From Eledone cirrhosa (lineage: Eukaryota), in NCBI GenBank assembly GCA_964016885.1, contig OZ024744.1:16058001-16122000 (forward strand): a stretch of DNA of 64,000 bases. Direction: 5' to 3'. Below the pieces are notes generated by a model. The model searched no databases. It was not told where the DNA came from and saw only the letters and a list, made by a program, of their open reading frames with translations. Made by a program: the position numbers and the translations under genes. Shown one piece after another: positions 13,890-25,800 of the stretch; positions within the stretch are counted from its first letter, which is position 1; every line of letters starts with the position of its first letter.

Positions 13890-16850
13890 TATGAAGTAAG
13901 TTGAAGATCGAGAATCTGAAGGAAGTTGGAGGAGAATATGAAGGAAGTTGGAGAAGGAGAATATGAAGGAAGTTGAAGAAGGAGAATATAAACGAATTTG
14001 GAGAAGGAGAGTATGAAGGAAGTTGGAGAGTGAGAATCTGAAGGAAGTTGGAGAAGGAGAGTATGAAGGAAGTTTGAGAAGGAGAATCTGAAGGAAGTTG
14101 GAGAAGGAGAGTACGAAGGATGTTGAAGGAGAAGAATATGAAGGAAGTTGAAAAATGAGAATCTGAAGGAAGTTGGAGAAGGAGAATATAAAGGAAATTG
14201 AAGGAGGAGAATGTGGACGAAGTTGGAGAAGGAGAATATGAAGGAAGTTGAAGGAGGAGAATATTAAGGAAGTTGAAGGAGGAGAATATGAACGAAGTTG
14301 GAGAAGAAGAATATGAAGGAAGTTGAAGGAGAATCTGAAGGAAGTTGGAGGAGAGTATGAAGGAAGTTGGAGAAGGAGAGTATGAAGGAAGTTGAAGGAG
14401 GAGAATATGAACGAAGTTGGAGAAGGAGAATATGAAGGAAGTTGAAGAAGGAGAATCAGAAGGAAGTTGGAGAAGGAGAGTATGAAGGAAGTTGGAGAAG
14501 GAGAATATGAAGGAAGTTGAAGGAGGAGAATATGAAGGAAGTTGGAGAAGGAGAGTATGAAGGAAGTTGGAGAAGGAGAATATGAAGGAAGTCGGAGAAG
14601 GAGAGTATGAAGGAAGTTGGAGAAGGAGAATATGAAGAAAGTTGAAGGAGGAGAGTATGAAGGAAGTTGAAGGAGAAGAATATGAAGGAAGTTGAAGAAG
14701 GAGAATCTGAAGGAAGTTGGAGAAGGAGAATATAAAGGAAATTGAAGGAGGAGAATGTGGACGAAGTTGGAGAAGGAGAATATGAAGGAAGTTGAAGGAG
14801 GAGAATATTAAGGAAGTTGAAGGAGGAGAATCAGAAGGAAGTTGGAGAAGGAGAATATGAAGGAAGTTGAAGGAGGAGAATATAAACGAATTTGGAGAAG
14901 GAGAGTATGAAGGAAGTTGGAGAATGAGAATGTGAAGGAAGTTGGAGAAGGAGAGTATGAAGGAAGTTTGAGAAGGAGAATCTGAAGGATGTTGGAGAAG
15001 GAGAGTACGAAGGAAGTTGAAGGAGAAGAATATGAAGAAAGTTGAAGAAGGAGAATCTGAAGGAAGTTGGAGAAGGAGAGTATGAAGGAAGTTGGAGAAG
15101 GAGAATATGAAGGAAATTGAAGGAGGAGAATATGACCGAAGTTGGAGAAGGAGAATATGAAGGAAGTTGAAGAAGGAGAATCTGAAGGAAGTTGGAGGAG
15201 AGTATGAAGGAAGTTGGAGAAGGAGAGTATGAAGGAAGTTGAAGGAGGAGAATCAGAAGGAAGTTGGAGAAGGAGAGTATGAAGGAAGTTGGAGAAGGAG
15301 AATATGAAGAAAGTTGAAGGGGGAGAGTATGAAGGAAGTTGCAGAAGGAGAGTATGAAGGAAGTTGAAGAAGGAGAATCTGAAGGAAGTTGAGGAAGGAG
15401 AGTATGAAGGAAGTTGAAGGAGGAGAATATGAAGTAAGTTGAAGATCGAGAATCTGAAGGAAGTTGGAGGAGAATATGAAGGAAGTTGGAGAAGGAGAAT
15501 ATGAAGGAAGTTGAAGAAGGAGAATATAAACGAATTTGGAGAAGGAGAGTATGAAGGAAGTTGGAGAATGAGAATCTGAAGGAAGTTGGAGAAGGAGAGT
15601 ATGAAGGAAGTTTGAGAAGGAGAATCTGAAGGAAGTTGGAGAAGGAGAGTACGAAGGAAGATGAAGGAGAAGAATATGAAGGAAGTTGAAAAATGAGAAT
15701 CTGAAGGAAGTTGGAGAAGGAGAATATAAAGGAAATTGAAGGAGGAGAATGTGGACGAAGTTGGAGAAGGAGAATATGAAGGAAGTTGAAGGAGGAGAAT
15801 ATTAAGGAAGTTGAAGGAGGAGAATATGAACGAAGTTGGAGAAGAAGAATATGAAGGAAGTTGAAGAAGGAGAATCTGAAGGAAGTTGGAGGAGAGTATG
15901 AAGGAAGTTGGAGAAGGAGAGTATGAAGGAAGTTGAAGGAGGAGAATATGAACGAAGTTGGAGAAGGAGAATATGAAGGAAGTTGAAGAAGGAGAATCAG
16001 AAGGAAGTTGGAGAAGGAGAGTATGAAGGAAGTTGGAGAAGGAGAATATGAAGGAAGTTGAAGGAGGAGAATATGAAGGAAGTTGGAGAAGGAGAGTATG
16101 AAGGAAGTTGGAGAAGGAGAATATGAAGGAAGTCGGAGAAGGAGAGTATGAAGGAAGTTGGAGAAGGAGAATATGAAGAAAGTTGAAGGAGGAGAGTATG
16201 AAGGAAGTTGAAGGAGAAGAATATGAAGGAAGTTGAATAAGGAGAATCTGAAGGAAGTTGGAGAAGGAGAATATAAAGGAAATTGAAGGAGGAGAATGTG
16301 GACGAAGTTGGAGAAGGAGAATATGAAGGAAGTTGAAGAAGGAGAATATTAAGGAAGTTGAAGAAGGAGAATCAGAAGGAAGTTGGAGAAGGAGAATATG
16401 AAGGAAGTTGAAGGAGGAGAATATAAACGAATTTGGAGAAGGAGAGTATGAAGGAAGTTGGAGAATGAGAATGTGAAGGAAGTTGGAGAAGGAGAGTATG
16501 AAGGAAGTTTGAGAAGGAGAATCTGAAGGATGTTGGAGAAGGAGAGTACGAAGGAAGTTGAAGGAGAAGAATATGAAGAAAGTTGAAGTAGGAGAATCTG
16601 AAGGAAGTTGGAGAAGGAGAGTATGAAGGAAGTTGGAGAAGGAGAATATGAAGGAAATTGAAGGAGGAGAATATGACCGAAGTTGGAGAAGGAGAATATG
16701 AAGGAAGTTGAAGAAGGAGAATCTGAAGGAAGTTGGAGGAGAGTATGAAGGAAGTTGGAGAAGGAGAGTATGAAGGAAGTTGAAGGAGGAGAATCAGAAG
16801 GAAGTTGGAGAAGGAGAGTATGAAGGAAGTTGGAGAAGGAGAATATGAAG
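13890..16850. repeat. ~1.54-kb tandem duplication of a monomer series
   Basis: ATGTGGACGA at 14211/15749 and 14755/16296 (offsets 1538 and 1541, the difference being one 3-bp indel). The order of the GTCGG, TATTAAG, GAATGTG and GACCGA variants is the same in both copies. Confidence 0.8.
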
Positions 16851-19800
16851 AAAGTTGAAGGAGGAGAGTATGAAGGAAGTTGGAGAAGGAGAGTATGAAG
16901 GAAGTTGAAGAAGGAGAATCTGAAGGAAGTTGGGGAAGGAGAGTATGAAGGAAGTTGAAGGAGAAGAATATGAAGGAAGTTGAAGAAGGAGAATCAAAAG
17001 GAAGTTGGAGAAGGAGAGTATGAAGGAAGTTGGAGAAGGAGAATATGAAGGAAGTTGAAGGAGGAGAATATGAAGGAAGTTGGAGAAGGAGAGTATGAAG
17101 GAAGTTGGAGAAGGAGAATATGAAGGAAGTTGGAGAAGGAGAGTATGAAGGAAGTTGGAGAAGGAGAATATGAAGAAATTTGAAGGAGGAGAGTATGAAG
17201 GAAGTTGGAGAAGGAGAGTATGAAGGAAGTTGAAGAAGGAGAATCTGAAGGAAGTTGGGGAAGGAGAGTATGAAGGAAGTTGGAGAAGGAGAATATGAAG
17301 AAAGTTGGAGAAGGAGAGTATGAAGGAAGTTGAAGGAGAAGAATATAAACGAATTTGGAGCAGGAGAGTATGAAGGAAGTTGGAGAATGAGAATCTGAAG
17401 GAAGTTGGAGAAGGAGAGTATGAAGGAAGCTTGAGAAGAAGAATCTGAAGGATGTTGGAGAAGGAGAGTATGAAGGAAGTTAGAGAAGGAGAATATGCAG
17501 GAAATTGAAGGAGGAGAATATGGACGAAGTTGGAGAAGGAGAGTATGAAGGAAGTTGAAGAAGGAGAATCTGAAGGAAGTTGGAGGAGAGTATAAAGGAA
17601 GTTGGAGAAGGAGAGTATGAAGGAAGTTGAAGGAGGAGAATATGAACGAAGTTGGAGAAGGAGAATATGAAGGAAGTTGAAGTAGGAGAATATGAAGGAA
17701 GTTGAAGAAGGAGAATCAGAAGGAAGTTGGAGAAGGAGAGTATGAAGGAAGTTGAAACAGGAGAATCTGAAAGAAGTTGGAGAAGTAGAGTATGAAGGAA
17801 GTTGGAGAAGGAGAATATGAAGGATGTTGAAGGAGGAGAATATGAAGGAAGTTGGAGAAGGAGAGTATGAAGGAAGTTGGAGAAGGAGAATAATAAGGAA
17901 GTTGGAGAAGGAGAGTATGAAGGAAGTTGGAGAAGGAGAATATGAAGAAAGTTGGAGAAGGAGAGTATGAAGGAAGTTGAAGGAGAAGAATATGTAGGAA
18001 GTTGAAGAAGGAGAATCTGAAGGAAGTTGGAGAAGGAGAGTATGAAGGAAGTTGGAGAAGGAGAGTATGAAGGAAGTTGGAGAAGGAGAGTATGAAGGAA
18101 GTTGAAGGAGGAGAATATAAGCGAATTTGGAGCAGGAGAGTATGAAGGAAGTTGGAGAATGAGAATCTGAAGGAAGTTGGAGAAGGAGAGTATGAAGGAA
18201 GCTTGAGAAGGAGAATCTGAAGGATGTTGGAGAAGGAGAGTACGAAGGAAGTTGAAGGAGAAGAATATGAAGGAAGTTGAAGAAGGAGAATATGAAGGAA
18301 GTTGGAGAAGGAGAGTATGAAGGAAGTTGGAGAAGGAGAATATGAAGGAAATTGAAGGAGGAGAATATGAAGGAAGTTGGAGAAGGAGAGTATGAAGGAA
18401 GTTGGAGAAGGAGAATATGAAGGAAGTTGGAGAAGGAGAGTATGAAGGAAGTTGGAGAAGGAGAGTATGAAGGAAGTTGGAGAAGGAGAATATGAAGGAA
18501 ATTGAAGGAGGAGAATATGAACGAAGTTGGAGAAGAAAAATATGAAGGAAGTTGAAGAAGGATAATCTGAAGGAAGTTGGAGGAGAGTATGAAGGAAGTT
18601 GGAGAAGGAGAGTATGAAGGAAGTTGAAGGAGGAGAATATAAACGAATTTGGAGCAGGAGAGTATGAAGAAAGTTGGAGAATGAGAATCTGAAGGAAGTT
18701 GGAGAAGGAGAGTATGAAGGAAGCTTGAGAAGGAGAATCTGAAGGATGTTGGAGAAGGAGAGTACGAAGGAAGTTGAAGGAGAAGAATATGAAGGAAGTT
18801 GAAGAAGGAGAATATGAAGGAAGTTGGAGAAGGAGAGTATGAAGGAAGTTGGAGAAGGAGAATATGAAGGAAATTGAAGGAGGAGAATATGAACGAAGTT
18901 GGAGAAGAAAAATATGAAGGAAGTTGAAGAAGGATAATCTGAAGGAAGTTGGAGGAGAGTATGAAGGAAGTTGGAGAAGGAGAGTATGAAGGAAGTTGAA
19001 GGAGGAGAATATGAACGAAGTCGGAGAAGGAGAATATGAAGGAAGTTGAAGAAGGAGAGTCAGAAGGAAGTTGGAGAAGGAGAATATGAAGGAAGTTGAA
19101 GGAGGAGAATATGAAGGAATTTGGAGAAGGAGAGTATGAAGAAAGTTGGAGAAGGAGAATATGAAGGAAGTTGGAGAAGGAGAGTATGAAGGAAATTGGA
19201 GAAGGAGAATATGAAGAAAGTTGAAGGAGGAGAGTATGAAGGAAGTTGGAGAAGGAGAGTATGAAGGAAGTTGAAGAAGGAGAATCTGAAGGAAGTTGGG
19301 GAAGGAGAGTATGAAGGAAGTTGAAGGAGAAGAATATGAAGGAAGTTGAAGAAAGAGAATATGAAGGAAGATGGAGGAGGAGAGTATGAAGGAAGTTGGA
19401 GAAGGAGAGTATGAAGGAGGTTGGAGGACGAGCGTATGAAGGAAGTTGGAGGAGGAGAGTATGAAGGAAGTTGGAGAAGGAGAGTATGAAGGAAGTTGGA
19501 GAAGGAGAATCTGAAGAAGTTGTAGAAGGAGAGTATGAAGGAAGTTGAAGGAGAAGAATATGAAGGAAGTTGAAGAAAGAGAATCTGAAGGAAGTTGGAG
19601 AAGGAGAGTATGAAGGAAGTTGAAGAAGGAGAATCTGAAGGAAGTTGGAGAAGGAGAGTATGAAGGAAGTTGAAGGAGAAGAATATGAAGGAAGTTGAAG
19701 AAGGAGAATCTGAAGGAAGTTGGAGCAGGAGAGTATGAAGGAAGTTGGAGAGGGAGAGTATGAAGGAAGTTGGAGAAGGAGAGTATGAAGGAAGTTGAAG

Positions 19801-22800
19801 GAGGAGAATATGAACTAAGTTGAAGATGGAGAATCTGAAGGAAGTTGGAGGAGAATATGAACGAAGTTGGAGAAGGAGAATATGAAGGAAGTTGAAGAAG
19901 GAGAATATAAACGAATTTGGAGAAGGAGAGTATGAAGGAAGTTGGAGAATGAGAATCTGAAGGAAGTTGGAGAAGGAGAGTATGAAGGAAGTTTGAGAAG
20001 GAGAATCTGAAGGAAGTTGGAGAAGGAGAGTACGAAGGAAGTTGGAGAAGGAGAATATAAAGGAAATTGAAGGAGGAGAATGTGGACGAAGTTGGAGAAG
20101 GAGAATATGAAGGAAGTTGAAGGAGGAGAATATTAAGGAAGTTGAAGGAGGAGAATATGAACGAAGTTGGAGGAGAACAATATGAAGGAAGTTGAAGAAG
20201 GAGAATCTGAAGGAAGTTGGAGGAGAGTATGAAGGAAGTTGGAGAAGGAGAGTATGAAGGAAGTTGAAGGAGGAGAATATGAAGGAAGTTGGAGAAGGAG
20301 AGTATGAAGGAAGTTGGAGAATGAGAATCTGAAGGAAGTTGGAGAAGGAGAGTATGAAGGAAGTTTGAGAAGGAGAATCTGAAGGATGTTGAAGGAGGAG
20401 AATATGAAGTAAGTTGAAGAAGGAGAATCTGAAGGAAGTTGGAGGAGAATATGAAGGAAGTTGGAGAAGGAGAATATGAAGGAAGTTGAAGGAGGAGAAT
20501 ATAAACGAATTTGGAGAATGAGAGTATGAAGGAAGTTGGAGAATGAGAATCTGAAGGAAGTTGGAGAAGGAGAGTATGAAGGAAGTTTGAGAAGGAGAAT
20601 CTAAAGGAAGTTGGAGAAGGAGAGTACGAAGGAAGTTGAAGGAGAAGAATATGAAGGAAGTTGAAGAAGGAGAATATGAAGGAAGTTGAAGGAGGAGAAT
20701 ATAAACGAATTTGGAGAAGGAGAGTATGAAGGAAGTTGGAGAATGAGAATCTGAAGGACGTTGGAGAAGGAGAGTATGAAGGAAGTTGGAGAAGGAGAAT
20801 ATGAAGGAAATTGAAGGAGGAGAATGTGGACGAAGTTGGAGAAGGATAATATGAAGGAAGTTGAAGGAGGAGAATATTAAGGAAGTTGAAGAAGGAGAAT
20901 CAGAAGGAAGTTGGAGAAGGAGAGTATGAAGGAAGTTGAAGGAGGAGAATATGAACGAAGTTGGAGAAGGAGAATATGAAGGAAGTTGAAGTAGGAGAAT
21001 ATGAAGGAAGTTGAAGAAGGAGAATCAGAAGGAAGTTGGAGAATGAGAATCTGAAGGAAGTTGGAGAAGGAGAGTATGAAGGAAGTTTGAGAAGGAGAAT
21101 CTGAAGGAAGTTGGAGAAGGAGAGTACGAAGGAAGTTGGAGAAGGAGAATATAAAGGAAATTGAAGGAGGAGAATGTGGACGAAGTTGGAGAAGGAGAAT
21201 ATGAAGGAAGTTGAAGGAGGAGAATATTAAGGAAGTTGAAGGAGGAGAATATGAACGAAGTTGGAGGAGAAGAATATGAAGGAAGTTGAAGAAGGAGAAT
21301 CTGAAGGAAGTTGGAGGAGAGTATGAAGGAAGTTGGAGAAGGAGAGTATGAAGGAAGTTGAAGGAGGAGAATATGAAGGAAGTTGGAGAAGGAGAGTATG
21401 AAGGAAGTTGGAGAATGAGAATCTGAAGGAAGTTGGAGAAGGAGAGTATGAAGGAAGTTTGAGAAGGAGAATCTGAAGGATGTTGAAGGAGGAGAATATG
21501 AAGTAAGTTGAAGAAGGAGAATCTGAAGGAAGTTGGAGGAGAATATGAAGGAAGTTGGAGAAGGAGAATATGAAGGAAGTTGAAGGAGGAGAATATAAAC
21601 GAATTTGGAGAAGGAGAGTATGAAGGAAGTTGGAGAATGAGAATCTGAAGGAAGTTGGAGAAGGAGAGTATGAAGGAAGTTTGAGAAGGAGAATCTGAAG
21701 GAAGTTGGAGAAGGAGAGTACGAAGGAAGTTGAAGGAGATGAATATGAAGGAAGTTGAAGAAGGAGAATATGAAGGAAGTTGAAGGAGGAGAATATAAAC
21801 GAATTTGGAGAAGGAGAGTATGAAGGAAGTTGGAGAATGAGAATCTGAAGGACGTTGGAGAAGGAGAGTATGAAGGAAGTTGGAGAAGGAGAATATGAAG
21901 GAAATTGAAGGAGGAGAATGTGGACGAAGTTGGAGAAGGAGAATATGAAGGAAGTTGAAGGAGGAGAATATTAAGGAAGTTGAAGAAGGAGAATCAGAAG
22001 GAAGTTGGAGAAGGAGAGTATGAAGGAAGTTGAAAAAGGAGTATCTGAAAGAAGTTGGAGAAGTAGAGTATGAAGGAAGTTGGAGAAAGAGAATATGAAG
22101 GAAGTTGAAGGAGGAGAATATGAAGGAAGTTGGAGAAGGAGAGTATGAAGGAAGTTGGAGAAGGAGAATATGAAGGAAGTTGGAGAAGGAGAGTATGAAG
22201 GAAGTTGGAGAAGGTGAATATGAAGGAAGTTGGAGAAGGAGAGTATGAAGGAAGTTGAAGGAGGAGAATATGAACGAAGTTGGAGAAGGAGAATATGAAG
22301 GAAGTTGAAGAAGGAGAATCAGAAGGAAGTTGGAGAAGGAGAGTATGAAGGAAGTTGGAGAAGGAGAATATGAAGGAAGTTGAAGGAGGAGAATATGAAG
22401 GAAGTTGGAGAAGGAGAGTATGAAGGAAGTTGGAGAAGGAGAATATGAAGGAAGTTGGAGAAGGAGAGTATGAAGGAAGTTGGAGAAGGAGAATATGAAG
22501 AAAGTTGAAGGAGGAGAGTATGAAGGAAGTTGGAGAAGGAGAGTATGAAGGAAGTTGAAGAAGGAGAATCTGAAGGAAGTTGGGGAAGGAGAGTATGAAG
22601 GAAGTTGAAGGAGAAGAATATGAAGGAAGTTGAAGAAAGAGAATATGAAGGAAGATGGAGGAGGAGAGTATGAAGGAAGTTGGAGAAGGAGAGAATGAAG
22701 GAAGTTGGAGAAGGAGAGTATGAAGGAAGTTGGAGAAGGAGAGTATGAAGGAAGTTTGAGAAGGAGAATCTGAAGGAAGTTGGAGAAGGAGAGTACGAAG

Positions 22801-25800
22801 GAAGATGAAGGAGAAGAATATGAAGGAAGTTGAAAAATGAGAATCTGAAGGAAGTTGGAGAAGGAGAATATAAAGGAAATTGAAGGAGGAGAATGTGGAC
22901 GAAGTTGGAGAAGGAGAATATGAAGGAAGTTGAAGGAGGAGAGTATTAAGGAAGTTGAAGGAGGAGAATATGAACGAAGTTGGAGAAGAAGAATATGAAG
23001 GAAGTTGAAGAAGGAGAATCTGAAGGAAGTTGGAGGAGAGTATGAAGGAAGTTGGAGAAGGAGAGTATGAAGGAAGTTGAAGGAGGAGAATATGAACGAA
23101 GTTGGAGAAGGAGAATATGAAGGAAGTTGAAGAAGGAGAATCAGAAGGAAGTTGGAGAAGGAGAGTATGAAGGAAGTTGGAGAAGGAGAATATGAAGGAA
23201 GTTGAAGGAGGAGAATATGAAGGAAGTTGGAGAAGGAGAGTATGAAGGAAGTTGGAGAAGGAGAATATGAAGGAAGTCGGAGAAGGAGAGTATGAAGGAA
23301 GTTGGAGAAGGAGAATATGAAGAAAGTTGAAGGAGGAGAGTATGAAGGAAGTTGAAGGAGAAGAATATGAAGGAAGTTGAATAAGGAGAATCTGAAGGAA
23401 GTTGGAGAAGGAGAATATAAAGGAAATTGAAGGAGGAGAATGTGGACGAAGTTGGAGAAGGAGAATATGAAGGAAGTTGAAGAAGGAGAATATTAAGGAA
23501 GTTGAAGAAGGAGAATCAGAAGGAAGTTGGAGAAGGAGAATATGAAGGAAGTTGAAGGAGGAGAATATAAACGAATTTGGAGAAGGAGAGTATGAAGGAA
23601 GTTGGAGAATGAGAATGTGAAGGAAGTTGGAGAAGGAGAGTATGAAGGAAGTTTGAGAAGGAGAATCTGAAGGATGTTGGAGAAGGAGAGTACGAAGGAA
23701 GTTGAAGGAGAAGAATATGAAGAAAGTTGAAGAAGGAGAATCTGAAGGAAGTTGGAGAAGGAGAGTATGAGGGAAGTTGGAGAAGGAGAATATGAAGGAA
23801 ATTGAAGGAGGAGAATATGACCGAAGTTGGAGAAGGAGAATATGAAGGAAGTTGAAGAAGGAGAATCTGAAGGAAGTTGGAGGAGAGTATGAAGGAAGTT
23901 GGAGAAGGAGAGTATGAAGGAAGTTGAAGGAGGAGAATCAGAAGGAAGTTGGAGAAGGAGAGTATGAAGGAAGTTGGAGAAGGAGAATATGAAGAAAGTT
24001 GAAGGAGGAGAGTATGAAGGAAGTTGGAGAAGGAGAGTATGAAGGAAGTTGAAGAAGGAGAATCTGAAGGAAGTTGGGGAAGGAGAGTATGAAGGAAGTT
24101 GAAGGAGAAGAATATGAAGGAAGTTGAAGAAGGGGAATCAAAAGGAAGTTGGAGAAGGAGAGTATGAAGGAAGTTGGAGAAGGAGAATATGAAGGAAGTT
24201 GAAGGAGGAGAATATGAAGGAAGTTGGAGAAGGAGAGTATGAAGGAAGTTGGAGAAGGAGAATATGAAGGAAGTTGGAGAAGGAGAGTATGAAGGAAGTT
24301 GGAGAAGGAGAATATGAAGAAATTTGAAGGAGGAGAGTATGAAGGAAGTTGGAGAAGGAGAGTATGAAGGAAGTTGAAGAAGGAGAATCTGAAGGAAGTT
24401 GGGGAAGGAGAGTATGAAGGAAGTTGGAGAAGGAGAATATGAAGAAAGTTGGAGAAGGAGAGTATGAAGGAAGTTGAAGGAGAAGAATATGTAGGAAGTT
24501 GAAGAAGGAGAATCTGAAGGAAGTTGGAGAAGGAGAGTATGAAGGAAGTTGGAGAAGGAGAGTATGAAGGAAGTTGGAGAAGGAGAGTATGAAGGAAGTT
24601 GAAGGAGGAGAATATAAACGAATTTGGAGCAGGAGAGTATGAAGGAAGTTGGAGAATGAGAATCTGAAGGAAGTTGGAGAAGGAGAGTATGAAGGAAGCT
24701 TGAGAAGAAGAATCTGAAGGATGTTGGAGAAGGAGAGTATGAAGGAAGTTAGAGAAGGAGAATATGCAGGAAATTGAAGGAGGAGAATATGGACGAAGTT
24801 GGAGAAGGAGAGTATGAAGGAAGTTGAAGAAGGAGAATCTGAAGGAAGTTGGAGGAGAGTATGAAGGAAGTTGGAGAAGGAGAGTATGAAGGAAGTTGAA
24901 GGAGGAGAATATGAACGAAGTTGGAGAAGGAGAATATGAAGGAAGTTGAAGTAGGAGAATATGAAGGAAGTTGAAGAAGGAGAATCAGAAGGAAGTTGGA
25001 GAAGGAGAGTATGAAGGAAGTTGAAACAGGAGAATCTGAAAGAAGTTGGAGAAGTAGAGTATGAAGGAAGTTGGAGAAGGAGAATATGAAGGATGTTGAA
25101 GGAGGAGAATATGAAGGAAGTTGGAGAAGGAGAGTATGAAGGAAGTTGGAGAAGGAGAATATGAAGGAAGTTGGAGAAGGAGAGTATGAAGGAAGTTGGA
25201 GAAGGAGAATATGAAGAAAGTTGGAGAAGGAGAGTATGAAGGAAGTTGAAGGAGAAGAATATGTAGGAAGTTGAAGAAGGAGAATCTGAAGGAAGTTGGA
25301 GAAGGAGAGTATGAAGGAAGTTGGAGAAGGAGAGTATGAAGGAAGTTGGAGAAGGAGAGTATGAAGGAAGTTGAAGGAGGAGAATATAAACGAATTTGGA
25401 GCAGGAGAGTATGAAGGAAGTTGGAGAATGAGAATCTGAAGGAAGTTGGAGAAGGAGAGTATGAAGGAAGCTTGAGAAGGAGAATCTGAAGGATGTTGGA
25501 GAAGGAGAGTACGAAGGAAGTTGAAGGAGAAGAATATGAAGGAAGTTGAAGAAGGAGAATATGAAGGAAGTTGGAGAAGGAGAGTATGAAGGAAGTTGGA
25601 GAAGGAGAATATGAAGGAAATTGAAGGAGGAGAATATGAAGGAAGTTGGAGAAGGAGAGTATGAAGGAAGTTGGAGAAGGAGAATATGAAGGAAGTTGGA
25701 GAAGGAGAGTATGAAGGAAGTTGGAGAAGGAGAGTATGAAGGAAGTTGGAGAAGGAGAATATGAAGGAAATTGAAGGAGGAGAATATGAACGAAGTTGGA

